Below the pieces are notes generated by a model. The model ran no database searches. It was not told where the DNA came from and saw only the letters and a list, made by a program, of their open reading frames with translations. This document shows, piece after piece, positions 12,765 to 24,691 of a stretch of DNA of 64,000 bases. Origin of the DNA: Phoronis australis (taxonomy: Eukaryota; Animalia; Phoronida). Position 1 is the first letter of the stretch, and each line of letters starts with the position of its first letter. A program made the translations under genes and the position numbers. The stretch covers positions 344,038 through 408,037 of the forward strand of contig NMRA01000414.1 in assembly GCA_002633005.1 (NCBI GenBank), in the 5' to 3' direction.

Positions 12765-15700
12765 CATACCTGCAGCTGAGGGAGCAGCTTGAACCTCTTC
12801 TTGCAGATGGTGCACTCGTGCGGTCGTTCATTTGTATGCATCACTAAACGGTGGCGCTGCAGTCCAGAGCGGGACTGCATCAGCTTGCCGCACTCAGGAC
12901 AGGTGCACGCCTCCGCATTCTTTGGGTCGTGGAAACGCTTGTGAGCCCTGAGCGAGGGGATGAGACTCAGCGGTTACGTACTCATCTCAGATCAGTATTT
13001 AATACAAATGTACTGTTTGAAAAAATGAGTAGACCTAAATTTGAATAAACAATCACTGAATTCTCAAAAAAAATCTGGCAAACTGTGTCAGCCGAGATAA
13101 AGATATTATCGGCATTGCAAAAGGCAAACAAAAACACTTTAAACAGACAGTTATTATGGGTCTGACTCGAGTAATAGTTGTTCCCTGTCCACAACAAAAG
13201 CTTTGACGATAAGAGTTTGAATGTACAGAGACTTCCTACCAGAATAACATGCATCTATGAACAAATACAGCTGCAATGCTTCTGAGGCTCAATTATTGAA
13301 TTCTTTACCAGTGTGAATAAGACAAAAAAATGTGGGCTGGCTTAATAACAGTTATTTTCTAAAAATATCAACTTCATTCACTCCTTAAAATTAGACCTTC
13401 CAGTACTACTAGTGTAATAGAACTTACATAAATCCTGAGTGGCTGCCCAGCGCTTTGTTGCATATTTCACACATGTACTGAGTCTGGTGGTTCTTGGTGT
13501 GGTTCAACAGACTGGCCCGACTTGAGAAGTTCTTATTACACACCTGAAAAGAAGAGTTGAACGACTGTGACCTCAGCTGTGACATCATACCGTAATAGTT
13601 CGGGTTAACGCCCTGGGCGGTTAAATTGGCGAATCCAAAAAATCGGGGGAGGGCGGTTAACCGAGAGGTGGGCGCTTAACTGGAAATCTTCAAAAATCGC
13701 AGGGGGGCGCTTAACTGAGCAGTGGGCGGTTAAATCGAAAATCCACTTAAAGTCGGGGATGGGCGGTTAACTGAGCATGGGCGTTAACCCGAACGATTAC
13801 GGTATTATTAAGATTTTGAAAAATGCTTCCAACATCACATACAAGATCAAATAACACACGGTCAACATAGAAAGTGTGTAACAAATAAGTTGGCACCGCA
13901 AACACTTGCAAATAGTTTCCCACATACCAACAATACAGTCTCAAACAAAGAGGTATCCATAACAACCTGAAACTATACTACCAAGCAGTAACCAGAAACT
14001 GTTGTCACCGTGAAAAGACTCCTATGTTGACACTCTCACCGGCCGAGATTGGGCAACTCGACCAGTTTGCGTACCTCGGAGTCTGCCGGCATTGATCAAA
14101 GACGCCATGCTGTTGTAGTTAATTACATCGCCTCAGACAGCTGATGCCATCATTCTCTAGATAATCAGACCCATCATAAACACAGTGGGGGCGACAATAG
14201 TGTTTTTAAATTTTCACTTTGAAAGTTTGTAAAGAGCATATTGGAGTAGTTTGTGAAAAGTACATGTGATTAGATTTTTGAACTCTGAAAATCGGACAAG
14301 AAATAAGAGTTTTACAATATAAAAATTTGTTAAATTTTGTCATAATATGCTCCCCATTAATTCAGGCAGTAGTTGAATTTTGAGGAAAGCCATCATACAA
14401 TTCTTGGCATAACCTTCGTCTCTTTTTCAGTTGTATGCACTTTCATTTGAACAGACACAGCTGCGTAACGTAATTAAGCAGGTAGCAATGCACAAAGTTA
14501 TAATTACAATAAATTGTTGTAGTATTGAATAACAGAGAAATACTGGCGCTAAACCAATTACACCTCACCTCACAATGAAAGGGCTTGATGCCTGTGTGAC
14601 TGATCATGTGACTGTTGCAGTGAGTCTTGAACTTGAATCGCTTTCCACACACGTCACAGACGTATGGACGCTCTGCGAACACATCACCAACATAATGTTT
14701 ACTACACTCTTAAGCTAGGAAGCGAGGCACTCTGCTCCGCAAGAAAGACTTTGAAAATTTGTAAATTGTAGGCAATATGTTTACAATGCAACAGACTGTA
14801 TGCATATGGAGTCTCCATTCAAGCTACAATTCATTATACGCTTAAAAAAAAAAACATTATTGTGTATGCATAACAAAATTAGATGAAACGTATAAAAAAT
14901 ACAGAATAACATGTACAAACTATTGAGAATTTGAGACATAATATACTATTAAAGTTAGATTGTAACTAATGTTCTGTTTAAACAGAACTGGTTTATACAT
15001 TTTGACTAAGTGACTTAGCTGACCAGTGCTATGAACGTTCTTGAAGTGCTTGGTCATCTCATTCTTAGTGTTGAAAGCTTTAGGGCACTGTTCACACTGG
15101 AACTCCCGTTTATTCTCGTGAACTTTCAGATGAAGATCGAGCTGAAAACAAGTTGTGGATTTAACTANTCGACATCACATAAATACACTTGCTAAATTTA
15201 GTAAAGATCCTGCAAACGGTTTGGGAGATACAGCCATGGGCGCAAAAAATGCCACTAGGAGGCGCCACAGTAATCAAAGTCATGGGAAATTCAGCGTCAA
15301 CCGTCCTCTTCATAGTAAGAACATACATGCCAATTTTCACACTCATACTTAGAGCGGTTTGGTTGATAGAGGGGTGGACGCCAAAAAACAAACTCAAAAA
15401 CAATAAAAATGGTCACTGGGTGTCGCAAACTAGGTCGAATTCATCCGAAAACGGGAGGATAGCGTCATCGCACTAATAGGTGCCTACATAGAAAATTTCA
15501 TGAAAATCCGTTAAGGACTTGTGAAGATACAGAGGTAAACATAAAAAAATAAAATTGCCACTAGGGGGCACACTGGTAGGCGGATCCGTCCAAAAGTCGT
15601 CATCGTCAGTTGTTAATATCATATAAATAAACATATTAAATTTCGTAAAGATCCTGCGAACGGTTTAGGAGATACAGCCATAGGCGCAAAAAAAACAAAA

Positions 15701-18700
15701 CTGCTACTAGGAGGAGCCACAGTAGTCCAAATCGTCTGAAAATCATTGTCAGCTGTCTTCTTTATAGTAAGCACATACATGCCAATTTTCACAATCATCC
15801 TTTGAGTGGTTTGGTTGATAGAGGGGTGGACGCAAACATACAGACTCGAAAACAGTAAAAATGGCCACTAGGTGGCGCAAACTATGTCGAATCCATCTGA
15901 AAACGGAAGGATAGCGTCATCTCACTAAGAGGTGCCTACATACCAAATTTCATGAAAATCCGTTCAAAACTTTTGAAGATAAAAAGGTAAGCGTAAAAAG
16001 CTAAAATTGCCACTAGGGGGCACACTGGTAGTCGAATCCGTCCGAAAGTTTGCACATGCCGTCCCATTCATGAATGGAACATATGTGCCAAATTTCATGA
16101 ACATATGTCAAAGAGTTTTGGAGATAGAGCAGCGGACGCCAGACGTACGCCGCCCGTACGGACGGACGGAGATGACGGCATAATGCGTCCACATATAAAT
16201 ATGTGGGCGCATAATAATGAGTTAAACGTTTTCTCTAACCTTGTACTTCAATGCGTAGGCTTTTCCACAGATTTGACACTCGTGTGGTTTGACTAGCACG
16301 TGATTCTTCAAGTGCACCATCAGTGCGTGTTTACTGCGCGCGGCATACGTGCACTGCGTACAACTGTACGGTCTGCACTGCGGGTGGTGGCGAGTCAAGT
16401 GTGTAATGAACATAGTCTGGCTGCTACACGTGAAGTCACACTGCTTACATGAGATTACAGCAGCCTTCCTCTCACCTGGAACAGAGAGACATCGTAAACA
16501 CTTGAGAAGGATAAAGCCTTTGATGGGTATTTTTCATGCATAAACGGTAACTTGGATTATAAATGTGTTGTTACAAATCAGGTCAAGTGATGTGACCAAC
16601 ATATGGCAATATGAAGACTAATAATTCGCACTGAGGGCCCCATGGAAAGCAGGGTGAACTGATGGGTCTACCCTCATAGTAAATATGACATTAATAAATA
16701 AATAAATAAACTTAATTAAATAAAGTACTTTGTTACATTGTGTATTTTGTAAATCATTTGGATGTTTGAATAAATGAGACCATTTGAGCCAGAGCAGTTG
16801 TCATGTCTGTATTCAATAAGTTCATAAGAGGTGATGCACATATAGCTATGGTCTTTTTGATAGAATAAGAGTTTGGAAGTGGAGGACAACTAAAGGTAAT
16901 TTAAAATACTCCAAGCTCTTTAGGAACCACAAGTCTTGACATTTTAAAAAAGTGCATAACGTGCGATACAAAAAGGAAGTGAGTGGAGGCTTGCTGCTAT
17001 CGTATGCTTTATTAGTTGCATATTACCACTATTAGAAATATGATAAAACAAAATGAAGACAAAGTCTAAAAAAAGGACAAATTCTCTTCTTGCCAAAATA
17101 ATATACTATTGACCTATTTCTCTTTTGAAGATGCACAATTCTCTTCCGAAAATTTTCCGCTAATTATCCGCTGACTTTTGTTTTCCTTCTAGCCAGCTGT
17201 ATTCTCCTGAGCTCATCATTAGCCCCAGCCCAATTTCAGCATTCCACTTTTATTAGATTTTGTTCATGTTTTGTACCGAGGTGTAGGTGGGACATTTCCA
17301 GACGCCAGTTCATATTGATGACTTTTAAAGTCATTTATTACAAGGAAAACCTCTGTTACTAAAACCTCAAAAGAATTCTGTATGTTTTTGGGTCAATACT
17401 AAGCTAAATCTCAGAGCCACACATTGCTATTTCCTTACGACACAGCACCAAGAATGCAAGAACAATTGTGTCAGTGAAAAACGAAAGATGATAAAATACG
17501 ACCATTTAACAAAGTTGAACATTTTATAAAGATCCTAAAAGAATGCCCAAATTAAAGAACATTTCTCTTACCCTTTATTAAATCACACACAGCAAACAAC
17601 TCCTCATCAATCTTAAGTCCAACAGACAAAACGGACTGCTCCGAGGTGGAGCTGGCCAAATCCTCCCTGAGAACGTCCATAGACACGCCGTGAAATTCAG
17701 CTGCATGCTTTTCAAGCTTGTCAAGGTTTTGAAAGGTCAAGTTGCACATCTTGCATTTCTGCAGTGAGCCACCCGACTTATGCTGCTCCATGTGTGTCCT
17801 GAGCTGTAATACAAAATCTGGTTTTTCAGAATCAGAGTATTAACATTTAGAACAGGTGTTCGGCCACCATTACAATATTTTAACAAAAAGTGCAAAACAT
17901 AAAAAATCTGTCCACTTTTGTACATCAACTGTTTCGCAATAATTTTCCTCTGACTTCTGCATTCACAACAAGCCAGACTACATGTCATATTGTTTGTCTG
18001 CAGTAGACTTTCTACATTTCAAACATTTAACGAGAACTCTTCCAAAAACCCCTTTGAGTTGGTGATGTAACATCGTTTCTAAAATGCATTGGTCTGTTCA
18101 GACCAGCTTCCAGTCTATTTACATTGGGGCCATGTTTCGGTCGATAATGTTTGTGGCCATCTTCAGGTGTTACAGTGTTCTTAGAAGAACAAACATAAGG
18201 TGTATGATACACTACCTGGTGATCAATGATGAGCACTTTTTGTTTTTCTTGGTAGAAGGTGGGATTGAACTAGGGACCTTTAGATTGTCAGTCCAGTACT
18301 CTAACTACCACACCACTTAGCCACAGAATACCTTAGTGACAGCTGCGACAGTCCTAGTTAAGTCTATCACCTTAAGTCAAGTGTTAGACATTACTAAGAA
18401 TGGCCAACAATTTATCATCAATGTATGTGCTTTGTATCAGTACATAATGCCGCGACAAAAATTGTTTCACACAAAAAACAGTCAGTTTGGTGGAAAGAAA
18501 AAAATTAAAAAGCCAATGGGGGCCGTTTCAAAAAAAATCTGTTCTGCAAAACACGACACATCAACATTCAGTAACTATGAAATTGAAATCATTCTAACAT
18601 CATGTTTTCCTTTTAGTGCAATTTCATCACCATATTATGCGTCCACTTCTTCTAATATGTAAATTAAATGGACAAACAGTTCAGAACAAAACAATCGAGC

Positions 18701-21700
18701 CTACTAAACCTTTTGTTTATAATGGAATCCTTTGCCGCACAGTCTACAGATGAATGGGTAGGCGGTTGAATGGGTGTTCAGATGGGAAGCCAAGAGGGAA
18801 CGATATGGAGCTGAAATTAATTCATGGGATGAGATCCAAATTGCTATTTTAAGAACACAAAACACATAACCAAACATAAAGAAAACAACATTAACGCAAG
18901 AGCTGACAAGCGTTGCAGGCCTGGCTATTCATAATCCGTAAGGAATAACAAAACAATTATCTTCTCAGCCAGGACAACAAAACCTTTGTTGAACTGTGTT
19001 TAGTTACAAATGAAGTCCAACTGTTACAGTTGTACAACTAACAGTAGTGTTCACAAAGAACTGCTTCTACCGACCTTGCATGAAAAGTTCAAAAGGCTTA
19101 TTGTGTGTGAACAACACTCATGATTTACAACCATCCGCCAAATTCTAAGCCCCTATACTCACTAGTTATCCTCTCCAAGCCCAAAAGGAGTTTAGAACGC
19201 TATGAAATATATCGTAATTGTAAATGAGTAAGATGGTTTGAAAATACTTTTTGTTTTTAACTAAGCCACAGACTGAAAGTTGTAGTTTATAAAAGTGATG
19301 ATGTAACTTACATGGATATAAATATCCAAAGTGAATAATTCCGTTTCATGAAACCATGAATGTACATCATTTATTGAATGAAACGTTACGTCATTCATGA
19401 ACTGAATGTCAAAGTGACTAACTAAAAGACACCATACCCCCATAGTCACACTTGGGACACTTCCACGGGTCAAATTTCTGATGTGTTTTGAGGTGCAGTA
19501 AGAAATCCTTCTTTGTTCTCGCCTTAACATCACAGTGTTTACACTTCAGCCAGTAACCTGACCCTGAAAGACATGAAACACTAGCCACTCAAAGACTTTG
19601 TACAATTCGTAGTTATTAATTGGTAATATGTGAGTGATTCATACTTTCAACTATTTCATCATCACTTCCAAATTCTGACATTGATTTAAGCTTGCCTGGA
19701 ATAATGTTCATCTACACAACATACATCAAAAGCTTTTATATTTTCACACTTCACGATTTAGTAGAAGGATGACATTTGTGCCATTGGCAGTTACAGACTG
19801 ATATGGTACGATTATTTTTTATGAAAACGTAAAAAGTACGAAACTAATCGCCAAATATGAAGATTCTGAGAAATCAAAGCAAACCAGAGACTGTTCCACT
19901 TAACTCAAACCCCAACTAAAGACACATTTCAACAGTCTTTTTACTCGACAACATTTTTCAAATTAAATCCATTTAAACAAATAGATCTGAAACCAATTTC
20001 CAAAATAAAACCTGCCTTGTGTCCTAGTCTGAGTCAGGGATGGAATAGCCTACACTATAGTGATGTTAAAAATTTTTTAAAAAAAATGAAGCAACAGTAC
20101 AAGACATGCACCTAACCTACCAGCCTGCTGTCGAGTATAGTGGTCCTCTAGTTTTTCTGTTGGTACTATTGTGTCCAGCAGCTTGACAAGCTCCGGGTCT
20201 GTGAGCACTGGACCCGGAGCAGCTCGTGTCCGCACAGTCCCACGTGACGTCATGGAGGATGCACTGGGAAACCGAGGATCAGCGCACTTTTTCCGTCTTC
20301 CAGGTTTGCCGCGTTTGGCAGTCACCTGAAAAACAGTGGGACTCGATTGCTTGGCATCCATCACTACTAAAAGCGTTAAATCCAACATTAAATAGTCCAT
20401 CTTAACAAACAAAAAGGCCTGAGAAAAACTCACTTTCTTTAGATTTTAACACTAAGCATTGATATGCAATACCTCAAGTGTGCTCAGCATGAGTTTAATT
20501 AAGTGTGTGAAATTGAGTGAGTGTGGAATGAATGCAGAACTCAGAACTGATCGGGCTACCTTTCATAAAGCAACTGAAAAAATGACCTTTACTGTCCTGA
20601 TTGAAACCAATTGCATGACGCGAGGAACAGTATCTTGAGAAAGAAAGTTCCTTACACGGCTTTTGAATGTGTTGAAAGACATGCTGTTCTCTTGGACAAA
20701 TCCCTTCAATGACATGCTCTTTACTGACTTTCTTTCTTGAGAATGATAGCTGAACGCGATGTCTGAGCCAGAACGAAGTTCTGACATGCCATCGTCGTCG
20801 TCACTACAAGACACCTGATTATCGTCACTGTCCTCATCACCACCGTCATCACCTATCTCCTTTTTGAGAGCTTTGTAGCCAACGATGAAATCATCGTCTT
20901 GCTGCAAGACATTACATTAGATAACGAGACATAGAAAACTGCAATTATAATACACATAAAAACAACCCATTCTAGTAAACACTTGACCAGGTGTCCTTGG
21001 TTGTACATCCAGAACTGAAAAACGCACGTAAAAAACAAACAGAAACCAAGATGAAATTTTCATTACATGGTCCCTTTATTCTTCCATTAGTTTTTAATCA
21101 AGAAAAATACTTGATTGGCTAGAGTATCAATTTACGCTGTTGTTTTTGTTATTTGTATTTGTTGACTCGGACGTGCAGACAATTATTTACCATGTCCAAC
21201 CTATTAACTCTGTTTACATACTTGGTCTTGTTTAGGTACAATTAACTCTGTTTACATACTTGGTCTTGTTTAGGTACAATTAACTTATTACCAAATCTTA
21301 TGTACTGCACAGTACCTTGGCCTTAACTCGTCTTTTTGACCGCCTCACTCCAGAGTCCGTTATCTCGGTGCCAGCATCAGAAAGGTCTGCCTGAGGAATC
21401 TAGTGAGCAAATTAATAAATAATTTGAACTTTACAAAGCCAACAGCCAGACAGTAAGCTTATCTCAAACTGTTTTGGTAGTGTGGTCATGAAGAGACTAG
21501 AGCATATTATCTTCAACTCACATCAAAATTTACAGCAGACTTTGTAACAAAAATATAGCTTAAAACATATTTACTAAAGAAGTAAACCTAACCAAGGCTT
21601 ATAGTTGTGTTACATCACTGGTAACACAGAATTCTTATTAAAAAAGCAAGTAGTAACTTTCTATCTCCGAATTTAACTGGAAATGACAAACAACTAAAGC

Positions 21701-24605
21701 TGATAAGTGATTTTGTTATACCTCAGGTGAACTAGTGCTGGTCCCTGTTAGTGATTTTTCATGAGGACTTGGATTTACGACAGAATTTGAAGTTGGAGAT
21801 AAATTTGATGAAGTGACATCAGACTCTGACTTCTTTTTCGGTGGTCTGCCTCTCTTACACGCAGGAAAGTCACTTGGCTTTTTAGCTGCACTTTTCTTCT
21901 TCTGGACTGTGATCTGGAGGTAATGGAACTGATGGCTAACACATGACATTGAAACTCCCAGTGTCACGCAGGCAATGCGTTTCAAAGAGGATTAAAAACA
22001 ATGGAGGGTAATTGGTTGAATAGTAGCATTATATTAAATGGGACTAAAACTGACAAGGTCACTACACTCGTTTAAGTGAAGAAAACTGACATTGACTAGA
22101 CCAAATATTTCAATTTTAGGGCAGTAGCTGAGAAAAAGTTTTGGGTAAAAGGACCACAATTCCTTAAATTTTGGGGACAGGAGCTGCATTGACAGATTCC
22201 AAAAGTGTCCCTTTATGCTCAGAAGGTATCTGTAACAACATAACTTTAAATGTTTAGCCAGTGTAACGAGTAACTACAGGAAAACCTTCCAGCGTGTGGC
22301 AGCAATACATGATGACTACTGTCTGAGTCAGCTTTGCTGGCCCAGTTCAGATGGTGGTAGTCAACCGGCGAACATGTGAGTTTTAGGACATCAGGGCTCG
22401 ACATAAGCAAGTACACGCTTGTTAATACGAGCAGAAAATTAAAGCAAAATATGAGTGAGAAATTATTATTTCAATGAGCGCAGAGCAGATGTTTAGCAAT
22501 TTTTTGGTTGTCACTTTTCACGAGTGCAAATCTGGAAATATGAGTGTAGAATATGCAGTCACTCGTATTTTCGAGCGGGCATTTTTGCCTGTATCGAGCG
22601 TTGCATGTGACCATCTCAATAAGTAGTGTTAGATCTACACAGTATACAAGCGAGGGGACACATTGCATAACACTGAATTTACATACAGTCAGTGTGGCAG
22701 TTGCAGATCAGTAATCAAGCCTGTGACACTAGTGTACGACTACTAAATGACCAAATAAGTCCACAGTACATTGTATTAGTACAAAAGTTTTCTTCTTTCA
22801 GATGATTTGCATATTTCAAAGAATTAAATAAAAATAGTAGATGATTTTGAGTTTCTATCAACTTCTCTATGTCAGCTCATTGATGCCATTTTCGTATCAA
22901 ACAATAAAAACAGCTGACTCTTAGTCACAGTAAAGACTAAACAAATGTTTCAGTTCATCAAATATCAAACCAGACACTAAGTTGAAACACTTTTTCTAAG
23001 ATTCATTTTTGGATTTGGAGCAGTAACACTGCTGAAAAGTAAAGCTCCATTCATACCCAACTGGCGGTCACCTCCGTAACATAAACTTCAGGTTGAGGTG
23101 GCAAATTCCAATAAAATGTTTTCTGGAAAATTATTCGTCCTAGGTTACATGATTAAATGATTTAATCATTAATGAGATTCAGACTTATATGGTTCCAAAT
23201 GTTTTTTTTTTGTGAAATTCCAGGTACTATTAGTGACCATGAAATATTTTGTGTTTGCCTTGTGGCACACTAGGCAATGTCACCAGCTGCTCTAAAACTT
23301 TCAGATTTTGTGCGAAGAGACAGAACAACTCATGATGACTGAGATGAGTTTACTTATTCCTTCAAAGTTATTCCAATATTTAGTAAATTATCTGCGAAGT
23401 TACTCTGAACTGAAATGGCTGGGAAATGGGACATTGTTACCATGGGACACTGTTGCCATGGGACACTGTTGCCATGGGACACTGTTGCCATGGGACACTG
23501 TTGCCATGGCAATGATTCGATGCCACACATCACAGGCAGTTGAAATAATCTATTCTTCGATCATCACTGACGTCACTCACTACATAACAGAACATAAAGG
23601 ACAATAAAAATCGGTTTGCTCAGAATTTTCTACTCAAATGTGCATGCAGCATCCAACAAAACTTTGAATACTTTCTTTCACTCGATCACATCAAATTGTT
23701 TTCAAGTGATGATTTGGCGACAAAAATTTCAAAAAAACCCCCAACCAGTCATGAATTCAAGCTGGCTATTTTGTGATGCTCATGGCAGCTGACGATCTTC
23801 GTACACATCCGAATTTACCACAGACGCTCCCGAAACAATTCCAAAGCTCGATTCGCACAACTATGAATGTTATTTGAATGACCTCCACATCAGTTAGCCT
23901 TAGTTTGAATGTATTTAAATTCTGGTTTTGTAAAATTAATTGTTTATGACCGAAGAACCACGTAGCCATAGCCTACTGCGAAATCCGACAGGTCATTTAT
24001 GGTCGGACATCGGAAATCTCCGCCTAAAGCCGAGTGTTCAGATTAGGGACAGCTGAAGTTGGGTTTTTAGGCCACAGGAGTATTTAATCTAAGCTTAGGC
24101 TAGGCAAAGTTTTAGAGTCCAATCCTGAATGCTGTGGCAGTGCCACAGGCAGTGGCTGTGCCAAGGATGAAGACGGTAAAAAATAAATCAATCAGCACCA
24201 ACTAAATGAGCAACCTGTATCTGTTGTTTTCCTCCACTTGCATATTCCGGTAACACAAATTCAAAGAAATCGTCGCCAATCGTTGCGTCTACCGTTATTT
24301 CATTACCTAAAACGAAAATAGTAAGAAATAAAATTTTTGCAAAGCCTGCAGACGAACCTTTCAGCAATTTGACAAAAATAAGATAAAGACAGTGTGATTA
24401 TTGTTAAGATGTAATGCTACAAAACGTAACGGTAAGTTGGCGGAATTTGAAATAAAGTATGTCAAGAAACACAATATATACCAGCAGAATCCTTAGCTAA
24501 AATGCACGGCAAATTTTGGGAGGAAAAGCTAGACTTTGAGTAACCCATAGCACAAAAAGGAATTCGAAGTTTCATCGGTGCACTCCCATCGTTCGACGAC
24601 GCCAT
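8848..24605 (-). CDS. Multi-C2H2 zinc finger protein (17 fingers) with N-terminal AT-hook-like motif, 18 coding exons
   Basis: Phase-consistent GT-AG exons: 24605-24482, 24306-24215, 21913-21722, 21399-21316, 20901-20587 (alternative donor near 20815 possible), 20325-20121, 19563-19438, 18810-18710, 17803-17572, 16475-16240, 15141-15024, 14672-14569, 13543-13428, 12947-12770, 12380-12188, 11555-11455, 10205-10125, 9108-8848. Fingers include CDVCGKRFKFKTHCNSHMISHTGIKPF and CEICGLALKRKESLRIHMFCH; KRGRPPKK is AT-hook-like; the C-terminus is acidic. Confidence 0.88.
12444..12578. repeat. ~70-bp tandem duplication
   Basis: AACTTTTAATAGTTCTT.GCCTAATA.GTCCACAATTTATTTTGTTT.AAG.TCTAATAACAAAA occurs twice. 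Confidence 0.9.
12692..12762. repeat. (CACG)n/(CA)n microsatellite
   Basis: Read directly; it abuts the splice donor of exon 12947-12770. Confidence 0.95.
13590..13802. mobile_element. Tc1/mariner/pogo-type MITE
   Basis: TIRs CCGTAATAGTTCGGGTTAACGCC / GGCGTTAACCCGAACGATTACGG, flanked by TA on both sides; internal GGGCG(G/C)TTAA repeats. Confidence 0.8.
15169..16213 (-). mobile_element. Second copy of the same HINE family in a zinc-finger gene intron; left end not visible, interrupted at the N at 15168
   Basis: 15700-16213 aligns closely with 58313-58831, including the same terminal palindrome and GGAC repeat; it holds two ~452-bp higher-order units of three 145-161 bp subunits each. Confidence 0.8.
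18251..18322 (-). mobile_element. Degenerate tRNA-derived SINE head
   Basis: Minus strand TGGTGTGGTAGTTAGAGTACTGGACTGACAATCTAAAGGTCCCTAGTTCAATCCCACC has A-box-like and B-box-like (GTTCAATCC) motifs at tRNA spacing but no intact acceptor stem. Confidence 0.45.
21203..21285. repeat. Perfect 38-bp tandem duplication
   Basis: ATTAACTCTGTTTACATACTTGGTCTTGTTTAGGTACA x2 plus a partial third unit. Confidence 0.9.
23427..23513. repeat. 16-bp minisatellite (ATGGGACACTGTTGCC) x ~5 ending in GTTGCCATGGCAAT
   Basis: Tandem units read directly. Confidence 0.9.
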
Positions 24606-24691
24606 TTTTCTTGGGACAGGGGAGATAATGTAAATTGCAAGCAGCTTCCGCAAAAAATGACAGGAGCGATTTTCAAAATGATAGTAGCAGG
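24606..24691. promoter_or_regulatory. Ultra-short bidirectional promoter / shared 5' region between the zinc-finger gene and WRAP73
   Basis: Divergent ATGs at 24605 (-) and 24692 (+). The minus-strand start lies in AAAATGGCGTC, which is both a good Kozak context and a YY1-type motif. Confidence 0.65.

Noticed and set aside
12567-12847. Cys-Val and His-Thr repeat proteins in the ORF track
   Set aside because: Translations of the (CA)n microsatellite.
18251-18322. Functional tRNA gene
   Set aside because: The acceptor and D stems do not pair convincingly; better explained as a SINE remnant.
19438-19563. Apparent frameshift in the first zinc-finger exon
   Set aside because: Re-reading gives a continuous frame (CKHCDVKARTKKDFLLHLKTH); the ORF track shows a different frame.
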